Shown here piece after piece: positions 33,060 through 46,553 of a stretch of DNA of 64,000 bases (position 1 is its first letter; each line of letters begins with the position of its first letter). Under the pieces are notes generated by a model. The model ran no database searches, was not told where the DNA came from, and saw nothing but the letters and a program-made list of their open reading frames with translations. The translations under genes and the position numbers were made by a program. Source of the stretch: the human T2T-CHM13v2.0 reference genome, Homo sapiens; assembly GCF_009914755.1 (NCBI RefSeq), contig NC_060929.1, one strand, 5' to 3'.

Positions 33060-33420
33060 GCTCCAAGGAAACCCAGCATCCTCTTTTCCCTGGCGCCACT
33101 GGGCCCGCCACCCTCTCCTCTGCTTCCTCACCCTCCCTTCCTTACCACCTCTCTATCCGTCACTTGAACTGGCTGCCAGCGTTCACAGACAGCTGGGGAG
33201 AGAGTGGCTAAATCTGCCCAGCTGCCCGGGAAGCTTGGCAGCCAGGCTGAGGGAAGGAAGCATCGGCTCTCTTTGAAGGTCGGCTGCCAGTGAATCTCAG
33301 GCAGCTGGACTTCAAAGGGGGGCACCGCCGGGCTTTCCCTCCCGTCTAGGCAGGTCATTCCACGGCGCTGTGCTTCCGGTGTTGGCATGGTGGCTTTCCT
33401 CTTCAATTAAAAGCTGAATT
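33060..33420. promoter_or_regulatory. Unique GC-rich island, candidate enhancer or promoter
   Basis: Locally GC-rich with several CpGs in an AT-rich background. GC box (cccgcc ~33104), three CAGCTG E-boxes (33190, 33219, 33302), ETS core cttccgg (~33373). No repeat recognised. Confidence 0.45.
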
Positions 33421-33964
33421 GGGATCTGCACTTGTGTTCACACTTGTGTTTCTTATGTGACATAGACAGCCTAAGATCCCCAACCCCTGTTACCCCAGAC
33501 TTAGGAGTTAAAGATAAAGAAGAAAAGGTGATATCATATAAAGGGCAACTAAGGAGATCTACAGCAGCGAGTGTGTTTTCCTTATTGCCAGTTAGTAACT
33601 GTGCTATTTGCCAAGTTTTAAATTACTTTAGGGACTCTTGGTGTGATCTTGAATAAAGGCCAATCAGCTTGTGCTTATGGACTCAGTTTAGCTATGGCCT
33701 GAGATTGGGTCTAGCAACGGATGATAATTTTATCTGTTTTCAGAAACTGTGGTAGTGCTAATAGAACCCACTATTCTACACCTAACTCTTGCTTTACTTC
33801 CCTACTTTTCACATTCAGATTCCGTTGGTGGTTGGTGACAGGACTGGCCTAGCAAGGGAAGAACAAGGGTGCTGCACAAACAGAGTCTAGGCTCACTTTA
33901 GTTGCAAATGAGGGTCAGAGCAGAGGTAGCCTGAAATCAGAGGAACCATGAGTACTATGTACCA

Positions 33965-34225
33965 TGTATAGTGGTCGTTAAGTGTGCAGATCCTGGGACA
34001 CACTGCTTGGGTTCAAATCCTGGCTCTGCCCCTTACTGGTCACATGTCTAGGGTAACTAACCTTACCTTTCTGCACCCCATACTCTCCCTGGAAAGTGGG
34101 GATAATAATAGTACTTATCTCTTAGGACAGTTGAGAAGATTCAAAGGGTTATTAGATTCCATGCACTTAGGACAATATCTAGCCCATAGTGAGTGTCCAA
34201 TACATGTTTTTGCTATTACTATGTA
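33965..34225 (+). mobile_element. MIR SINE
   Basis: tgggttcaaatcctggctctgccccttact..aagtggggataataatagtactta. Confidence 0.85.
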
Positions 34226-34479
34226 CCAGCCCCCATGACTGGATCTAGAGGGAGGTAACAAGTGACTGGTAGGTGATTTTTATTGCCTCTTTGTGGATGA
34301 AACACTACTAGCTTCTGCCTTAGATTGAATTTATACTAGACTTTTTTGAGAAATCTAAAATAATGCAAAAAGAATGCATTATATAATTTGAAGGAGAAAA
34401 AAAGTTATTTTATGCTGTCCATCTCACTCCTTGCACTGTCATCCCTGGGGATACAAGGAGGTGTCATTCACTGAGGGCC

Positions 34480-34650
34480 ATTCATTTCACTCAGCCTCAG
34501 TTTTCTTGTTTGTAAAATGAGATAATAATTACACATACCCCAGGAGGCTTTCTTTTAATGATGAAATTGGAAAATGTATGTTTTACTGCACTGAATAGCA
34601 ACATGTTCAGTAACTGTAGCTGTTGCTGTTATTATCATCATTATTATTAT
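34480..34650 (+). mobile_element. MIR fragment
   Basis: gcctcagttttcttgtttgtaaaatgagataataat. Confidence 0.65.
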
Positions 34651-34769
34651 TTCCACCACCATTAATGTTGCCATTTAAAATTCTTACTGAATCACAGGAG
34701 GCCTTTAACTTAGCTAACAGTGATTTGACAAATAGAGGTCTTTTTCCTAAGGTTTTAGTTTTTTCCAGA

Positions 34770-34992
34770 TAAAAGTGAGCTAATTGTGGGCCAAATTCAG
34801 CCTGTCCTCTTTTTTATAAATAAAGTTTTGCTGGATTGCATAGCCTTATCCATTTGTTTATGTATTAGCTATGGCTGCTTTCATGCTACAACAGGAGAAG
34901 TGAACAGTTGCAACAGAGTCTGTATGGTCCTCAAAGCCTAAAATATGTATTATAAGCCCCTTTCTAGAAAAAGTTTGCTAGACCTTGCTCTA
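34770..34992. mobile_element. MER58A-type hAT DNA transposon
   Basis: gggccaaattcagcc..aataaagttttgctgga..tatggctgctttcatgctacaaca..aaagcctaaaatat..aaaaagtttgct. Confidence 0.85.
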
Positions 34993-36616
34993 GGTATATG
35001 TTTCTCCAGTAAGGTCCAGAGAATGTTAGTTCAATCCATGCTAGTCTGTACGATCTGAAAAAAAAAAAAAAAAGGTTCTATAGTCAAATAAGCTTTAGAA
35101 ATGTTAAGGAGGTTGATTTATTCTAGGACTACTACTTAAAAGACTTTGGCTTTTAATATACTCATGTTTATTGTGAATCTTCAAGACAAGGCCATGGTGT
35201 GCAAATAAACTCTAGTTTCGCAGGCTTACTTGGCTGTAGTCCCCTAATATGATGATGTTACAAAAACAAACAAAGCAAAACAAAACAAAACAAAAAACAA
35301 TTCTCTAGGAACCCTTGCTCTTGGGCTTTCTCTCTGGAAGGACTTTCTTTCTAAATCATTCCTCTTGGTGATTTAGGTGATATCCTCATTTGGAGACCTA
35401 CAGAATATCATATGAAATTCTGTGTTAGTTGTATCATTTTTTTCCCAGTAAAAATTATATTTTGCTTAGCATCAGAACAGTAAAATATACCAGATATTTA
35501 AGTCGTCTAATCAGATAATATCTGCCTTTTTGAATGATTCTGTATGATGTCTGAAGATTATAAATTAGAGTCTCAAAGTCCAAGAAAGACAGGATGTTTC
35601 ATTTCATGCCTTCTTGAAATTCTAAAAGCATGGGTCTTCTGTAGGACTTAAAATGTTTTTTTGCATTCAGATTTCTGAAGCATAAATTTAGAGTGCCTAA
35701 GTGATATACCAACTGGTCTCAACTAGGGTTTATAAGAAGAGAGATTAATGTGAAGGTAACTTGTGCATTAGCCATAAGGGGTTTGTTTTATAGACTAAAG
35801 TAAACACCTTCAATTTCAAGTTGCAAGCACACAGGGAGCCAGAAGATTCCAGAGCGGTGGCATCATATTCTGCCTGTGACTCACACATCTAAGTGGTTGA
35901 GCTTTCTCCCGCAGCTGCAGCTTCCAGCTGGTCATCAGTTAGAGTCCTAGGTAGTCACACACTGTGGTCACCTGGTTTGAGATGACCAAACAGGCATATA
36001 ATTACAACATAGGCCAGTTATGAATGAAGGCTGGGTTATCTCTTTGCCAAACACAGATAAAAAATAAATGCTAAGTCATAGCTGTTTTCTGAAATCCCAG
36101 TGGTTGCAATAGTGAACCTGGACTGAAAGCAGAGAACCCTCCTGGAAGATTCCACCCTGGTTGTAAATGCACACTCTCTTTCTCATTTGTGAGCTTCCTC
36201 ATTAATGGCATAGAGCATTCTTAGCCATTTTGGTGCCCTCCAAAATGCCTGGTTTATAGTTGGTGCAATAAATGTTTTATGAAAGAATATGAGGTCATAC
36301 ATGTTTTCCCCCTTTCCCAACTTGCAAATTATTTCAAGAAAATTCTGTATTTTCTTTTTATTTATATATCTCAGTGTTGTGTGTATAACAGGTTCTCAGT
36401 AAATGTTGTTGACATTGTAAATGTAGATTCCAAAAACTTCCTTATTTCACTTTTACATTATGGGGATGCTGAATGGACTTTTCAGAAATCTTTGTCAGAT
36501 CCCACTGTCTTTTGTTTTTAAATTATTTCTTTAAAAGAAAGGAAGGAAGGAGAGAGGGAAGGGGGAAAACATCTTGACCTGGAACATAATTATCTTTTTA
36601 AAAAAAAAAAAAAACA

Positions 36617-36727
36617 TTTTGTTTTCTTTAGAGTCAGGGGTCTTGCTCTGTAGCCCAGGCTGGAGTGCAGTGGTGCAGTAATGGCTCACTACAGCCTCAA
36701 ACTCCTGGACTGAAGCTATCCTCCTGG
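36617..36727 (-). mobile_element. AluJ/FLAM-type 3' fragment
   Basis: gggtcttgctctgtagcccaggctggagtgcagtgg..acagcctcaaactcctgg (J-type). Confidence 0.85.
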
Positions 36728-36796
36728 GCAGTGAGTGAGGCAGTCCCAGATTCTCCTCTTACCACCTGTGTTGTCAGACCACTGCTGGTACCACTT

Positions 36797-37620
36797 GTGT
36801 TAGTCTGGGTCCTCTGAGAAGCAGACACCAAGACAGGATTAAATGTGTAAGAGATTTACTGGGGAGTACCTAGAAGGGAAATTGGGGAGGGAGCCAGAGA
36901 AGTCTGGAGAGAGTCAGACCATGATGTAGACCATGCGTTTGTGAAGGAGAGAGGAAAGAATGGAATATTGAATATCCATCAGCTGATGAATGGATAAATA
37001 AAATGTGGTACATCCATACAGTGAAATATTATTTGGCAATAAAAAGAAATGAAGTGCTGATACATACTGCAACATGGACGAACCTCAAAAACATTACGCT
37101 AAATGAAAGAAGCTGTCACAAAAGGCAGCATGTTTTATGATTTCATTTGTATGAAGTGTTCAGTTTAGGCAAATCTACACAGAAACTAAATTAGTGGTTG
37201 CTTAGGACTGAAATATTAAGAAAAAAAAGGGAGTGATTGTGATTGCTCATGTGTATGGGGTTTCCTTTTGGGGTAGTGCGAGGTTCTAAAATTGATTGTA
37301 CTGGTGGCTGCGCAACTCTTGGAATATACTGAAAACGTTGAACTACATAGTTTAAGTGAGCAAAGTGCATGGTATGTGAATTGTGTCTCAATAAAAATCT
37401 TATATCAAAAGAAAAGAAAAAAAGGGGGAGTATATGCTGAAAGGATCTTGGACTACTGCACGATGCTAAGAAAGTTTTGGCCAAGCTAACTGGAATTCCA
37501 TTTATCCTCCACACTCAGGCCTTGCAAAGCATACTCAGTGACAGAGGCAGCGAGAGTGTCAGTCATTTATGCTTTTCACGATGGGAGGTGTGAGAGGCTA
37601 CATTTCTCATAAGCCAAAGC
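36797..37620. mobile_element. Degenerate ERVL LTR (LTR40-like), interrupted by L1MB
   Basis: tgtgttagtctgggtcctctgagaagcagacaccaagacaggattaaatgtg..; appears to resume after 37425. Confidence 0.5.
36972..37422 (+). mobile_element. L1MB-type 3' end
   Basis: gatgaatggataaataaaatgtggtacatccataca..ggtatgtgaattgtgtctcaataaa plus A-rich tail. Confidence 0.85.
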
Positions 37621-37724
37621 AAGTCGCGTGTCCATACCAAGATACAAAGTATAGAGAAACTGATGCCACATCTTGATAAAAAGAACAGCAAAATTATATT
37701 GTAAAGGGGTGTGCCACATTTTCA

Positions 37725-37940
37725 GTAACTCATTAAATTTTCCCAGCAGCTTATGAAGTGGGTACTATTACTATTCTCATTTAATAGTTGAAGAAACAGG
37801 CATAGGAAGATTAGCCCAAGATCATATAGATGTGACCTTGGAATCACAAGTAATTGTGACTACTTGTAAGTGGAAGAGCCAAGATTTGATCTCAGCAGTC
37901 TGGCTCTATAGTCTGTGCTCTTCATCATTATACCATACTT
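37725..37940 (-). mobile_element. MIR SINE
   Basis: gggtactattactattctcattt..gttgaagaaacaggc..gagccaagatttgatctcagcagtctggct. Confidence 0.7.
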
Positions 37941-38004
37941 TCATATAGTATATTAATTTGAATGTCACAAAATCTATTAGAGATATTTTGTTATCCATTT
38001 TCCC

Positions 38005-38105
38005 TCACTGAAATGAAACCTTCACGGAATGGGGTCTTTATTTTGTTCACTGCTATATCGCCAGTGGCTGGGACAATATTTGGCATGTAAATATTAGTTG
38101 AATTT
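38005..38105 (+). mobile_element. L2 3' end
   Basis: ttttgttcactgctatatcgccagtg..tggcatgtaaatattagttgaat. Confidence 0.65.
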
Positions 38106-39034
38106 ATATGGATTTGCAAAGCACCTTTATATGACAGTTCTATACTTGTATCCGCATTGTCCTTCCTACAGGTCTCTAAAATCAGAGAAACAGGAGAAAG
38201 TTATATTCAGTCTAGACCTGGATTTATTTTATTTTTTAAATCTTGGCATATTGGAGTACTTTAAATCCTGGTATAGTAAGTAACCCTAACATGTGATTGA
38301 AAACATAGAATTATTGGAATTGTTTGGTTACCACTAAGCTTGAAAACAGATTCCCAATGAGGAGAAAAAACAATTCTATTGAGAGGTCATAGGGATAGGT
38401 ATGAGAGGACAGTCAAATGTTGGTACACCCAGTTTGTTAGGTAGCCTAGCGTTTGGCTCATCTTATTATTGGAATTTGTGTTTTGCAGCATAGTTGCATT
38501 TTAGGACCTTTCTGAGAAGAGGTACGCATGATAGACTTAATAAACCTGTAGTATTGACATAAGACAGGGAAATAGCAGATTAACTGTAACTCAGTCTTTT
38601 TGTGAGTGGGGGAGAAGGGCAGGGGTGGGAGGTTGCAAGGCATATTATTTTAAAGATTAATAAACTGAAAACTGGAAAAGTCTAGCAGCTTGGCCAGGAT
38701 CAAACTTAAATGTAGTAAGCTAAAATTTTAGGTCAAGTAGTCCTAGCCCTAGGACTAGTAATCTTTCTATTAATATTTTCTCTATTTTCAGACAGTAATT
38801 CATTTAAATTCTTACCTTTGAAATAGTTTTTTCCACTGTTTCTATTTCTTATGAGAGGCATTTTGACCATTTTGAAGACTGTCTTTCTCCTGCATTGATA
38901 GATACACTAGAGTAATAGGCAGACATTGGTATCTAGGCAGCTACTGGATATAAACTGACTGACTTTTGGTACCACTGTAAAATGTTAAGATTATTGACAA
39001 TTTCCAGAGGTGGCATATTTAGGGCTTTGTGGAA

Positions 39035-39072
39035 CAGGCGTGGTGGCTCACACCTGTAATCACAATACTTTG
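39035..39072 (+). mobile_element. 5' tip of an AluJ whose remainder lies at 53252-53533
   Basis: caggcgtggtggctcacacctgtaatcacaatactttg stops abruptly. Outer TSD 39021-39034 matches 53531-53544. Confidence 0.8.
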
Positions 39073-39097
39073 CTGGTTTTTTGGGGGGGACTTTTCC

Positions 39098-40091
39098 TGT
39101 AGGGAAAAAGAGATCAGACTGTTACTGTGTCTATGTAGAAAAGGAAGACATAAGAAATTCCATTTTGATCTGTATTTGAACAATTGTTTTGCCTTGAGAT
39201 GCTATTAATCTGTAACTTTAGCCCCAACCCTGTGCTCACAGAAACATGTGCTGTATGGAATCAAGGTTTAAGGGATCTAGGGCTGTGCAGGATGTGCCTT
39301 GTTAACAATATGTTTACAGGCAGTATGCTTGGTAAAAGTCATTGCCATTCTCCATTCTCAATTAACCAGGGTCACAGTGCACGGTGGAAAGCCGCAGGGA
39401 CCTCTGCCCAAGAAAGCCTGGGTACTGTCCAAGGTTTCCCCCCACTGAGACAGCCTGAGATATGGCCTCGTGGGAAGGGAAAGACCTGACTGTCCCCCAG
39501 CCTGACACCCGTGAAGCGTCTGTGCTGAGGAGGATTAGTAAAAGAGGAAGTCCTCTTGTGGTTGAGATAAGAGGAAGGCCTCCGTCTCCTGCATGTCCCT
39601 GGGAACGAATGTCTAGGTGTAAAACCCGCTCGTACATTCGTTCTGTTCTGAGATAGGAGAAAACCACCCTGTGGCTGGAGGCGAGATATGCTGGCGGCAA
39701 TGTTGCTCTGTTACTCTTTGCTACACTGAGATGTTTGGGTGGAGAGAAACATAAATCTGGCCTATGTGCACATCCAGGCATAGTACCTTCCCTTGAACTT
39801 ATTTGTGACACAGATTCCTTTGCTCACATATTTTCCTGCTGACCTTCTCCCCACTCTTAGCCTGTTCTCCTGCCACATTCCCCTTGCCAAGATAGTGAAA
39901 ATAGCAATCAGTAAATACTGAGGAAACTCAGAGACCAGTGCCGGTGCAGGTCCTCCATATGCTGAGCGCTGGTCTCCTGGGCCCACTGTTCTTGCTCTGT
40001 ACTTTGTCTCTGTGTCTTATTTCTTTTCTCAGTCTCTCGTCCCACCTGATGGGAAATACCCACAGGTGTGGAGGGGCAGGCCACCCCTTCA
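39098..40091 (+). mobile_element. HERV-K(HML-2) solo LTR, LTR5A/LTR5B type (994 bp)
   Basis: TGTAGGGAAAA..GAGATCAGACTGTTACTGTGTCTATGTAG start; internal gatatggcctcgtgggaagggaaagacctgac; end CCCACAGGTGTGGAGGGGCAGGCCACCCCTTCA. Confidence 0.95.
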
Positions 40092-40780
40092 TCTTCTGAC
40101 TTTTACTTCAGGTTCAGGGCTACATGTGCAGGTTTGTTATATAGGTAAACTTGTATCATGGAGGCGGGGGGGTTTGTTGTACAGATTATTTTTTCACCCA
40201 GGTATTAAGCCTAGTACCTATTAGTTGTTTTTCCTGATCCTCTCTCTCCTCCCACCCTCCACCCTCCCATAGGCCCCAGTGTGTGTTGTTCCCGTCTGCG
40301 TGTCCATGTGTTCTCATCATTTAGCTCCCACTTATAAGTGAGAACATGCAGTATTTGGTTTTCTGTTCCTGTGTTAGTTTGCTAAGCATAATGGCCTCCA
40401 TCTCCATCCATGTTCCTGCAAAAGATGTGATCTCATTCTTCTTTAAGCTTTTGTAGTATTCCATGGTGTGTATGTACCACAGTTTCTTTATCCAGTCTAC
40501 TATTGATGAGCTTTTAGGCTTATTCCATGTCTTTGCTATTGTGAACAGTGTTGCAGTGAACATATATATGCATGTGTTTTTATAATAGAACCATGTCTAT
40601 TCCTTTGGGCATATACCCAGTAATGGGATTGCTGGGTCAAATGGTGGTTCTGTTTTTAGCCCTTTGAAGAATCAGCCACTGCTTTCCACAGTGGTTGAAC
40701 TAATTTACACTCCCACCAACAGTGTATAAGCATTCCTTTTTCTCTGCAACTTCATGAGCGCCTGCTATTTTTTGACTTTT
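40092..40780 (-). mobile_element. L1PA13-like 3' end (~690 bp)
   Basis: gcaggtttgttatataggtaaacttg..gtacagattatt..cacccaggtattaagcctagtacc; ORF2 C-terminal fragment at 40321-40563. Confidence 0.88.
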
Positions 40781-41651
40781 CTTACCCCCCCCCCCACCCT
40801 TTTTTTTTCTTTCCAACTTTTATTTGAAGTTCAGGGGTACATGTGCAGGATGTGCAGGTTTGTTACATAGGTAAATATGTGCCATGGTTATTGGCTGCAC
40901 AGATCATCCCAACACACAGATACTAAGTCCAGTGTTCATTAGCTATTCTTCCCGATTCTCTCCCTTCACCCATGCCCCCTAACAACAGGCCCCAGTGTGT
41001 GTTGTTTCCCCCTCCCCATGTGTCCATGTGTTCTCATCATTTAGCTCCCACTTGTGAGAACATGCAGTATTTGGTTTTCTGTTCCTGCGTTAGTTTGCTA
41101 AGGATAATGGCCTCCACCTCCATCCATGTCCTTGCAAAAGGACATTATCTTCTTCATTTTTATGGCTACACAGTATTCCATGGTGTGTATGTACCACGTT
41201 TTCTTTATCCAGTCTATCATTGATGGGCATTTAGGTTGATTCCATGTCTTTGTTATTGTGAATAGTGCTGGAATGAGCATATGCATGCATGTGTCTTTAT
41301 AATAGAATGATTAATATTCCTTTAGATATGTACACAGTAATGGGATTGATGGGTCAAATGGTATTTCTTCCTGTAAGTCTTCGAGGAATTGCCACACTGT
41401 CTTCCACAATGGTTGAACTAATTTCCATTTTCTTTTTTTTTATTTTATTATTATTATACTTTAAGTTTTACATGTGCACAATGTGCAGGTTAGTTACATA
41501 TGTATACATGTGCCATGCTGGTGTGCTGCACCCATTAACTCGTCATTTAGCATTAGGTATATCTCCTAATGCTATTCCCCCGCCTTCCCCAACCCCACAA
41601 CAGTCCCCAGAGTGTGATGTTCCCCTTCCTGTGTCCATGTGTTCTCATTGT

Positions 41652-45473
<3,822 letters not shown>

Positions 45474-45536
45474 CATGATGTTAGCTGGTCATTTTGCTCG
45501 TTAGTTGATGCAATTTCTTCCTGGTCTTGATGGTCT

Positions 45537-46553
45537 TTACAATTTGGCATGATTTTACAGTGGCTGGTACCAGTTGTTCTTTTCCATGTTTAGTGCTTCC
45601 TTCAGGAGCTCTTTTAGGGCAGGCCTGGTGGTGACAAAATCTGTCAGCATTTGCTTGTCTGTAAAGGATTTTATTTCTCCTTCACTTATGAAGCTTAGTT
45701 TGGCTGGATATGAAATTCTGGGTTGAAAATTCTTTTCTTTAAGAATGTTGAATATTGGCCCCCACTCTCTTCTGGCTTGTAGAGTTTCTGCCGAGAGATC
45801 CGCTGTTAGTCTGATGGGCTTCCCTTTGTGGGTAACCCAACCTTTCTCTCTGGCTGCCCTTAACATTTTTTCCTTCATTTCAACATTGGTGAATCTGACA
45901 ATTATGTGTCTTGGAGTTGCTCTTCTCGAGGAGTATTTTTGTGGCATTCTCTGTATTTCCTGAATCTGAATGTTAGCCTGCCTTGCTAGATTGGGGAAAT
46001 TCTCCTGGATAATATCCTGCAGAGTGTTTTCCAACTTGGTTCCATTCTCCCCGTCACTTTCAGGTACACCAATCAGACGTAGATTTGGTCTTTTCACATA
46101 GTCCCATATTTCTTGGAGGCTTTGTTCGTTTCTTTTTATTCTTTTTTCTCTAAACTTCCCTTCTCGCTTCATTTCATTCATTTCATCTTCCATCACTGAT
46201 ACCCTTTCTTCCAGTTGATCACATCAGCTCCTGAGGCTTCTGCATTCTTCACGTAGTTCTCGAGCCTTGGCTTTCAGCTCCATCAGCTCCTTTAAGCACT
46301 TCTCTGTATTGGTTATTCTAGTTATACATTCGTCTAAATTTTTTTCAAAGTTTTTAACTTCTTTGCCTTTGGTTTGAATTTCCTCCTGTAGCTCGTAGTA
46401 GTTTGATCGTCTGAAGCCTTCTTCTCTCAACTCGTCAGTGTCATTCTCCGTCCAGCTTTGTTCCATTGCTGGTGAGGAACTGCATTCCTTTGGAGGAGGA
46501 GAGGCACCCTGCTTTTTAGAGTTTCCAGTTTTTCTGCTCTGTTTTTTCCCCAT
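45537..46553 (-). pseudogene. L1 ORF1p, disrupted
   Basis: MGKKQSRKTGNSK start; in-frame TGA at 46224-46226 (consensus Arg CGA) and a premature TAA at 45555-45557. Confidence 0.93.

Noticed and set aside
34995-35250. Possible MER103/Charlie-type fragment (also an hAT-like end at ~24850)
   Set aside because: Similarity too weak to call by eye.
39184-39986. ORFs of 64-149 aa inside LTR5
   Set aside because: They lie wholly inside a solo LTR, with no gag/pro/pol/env or primer-binding site after 40091.
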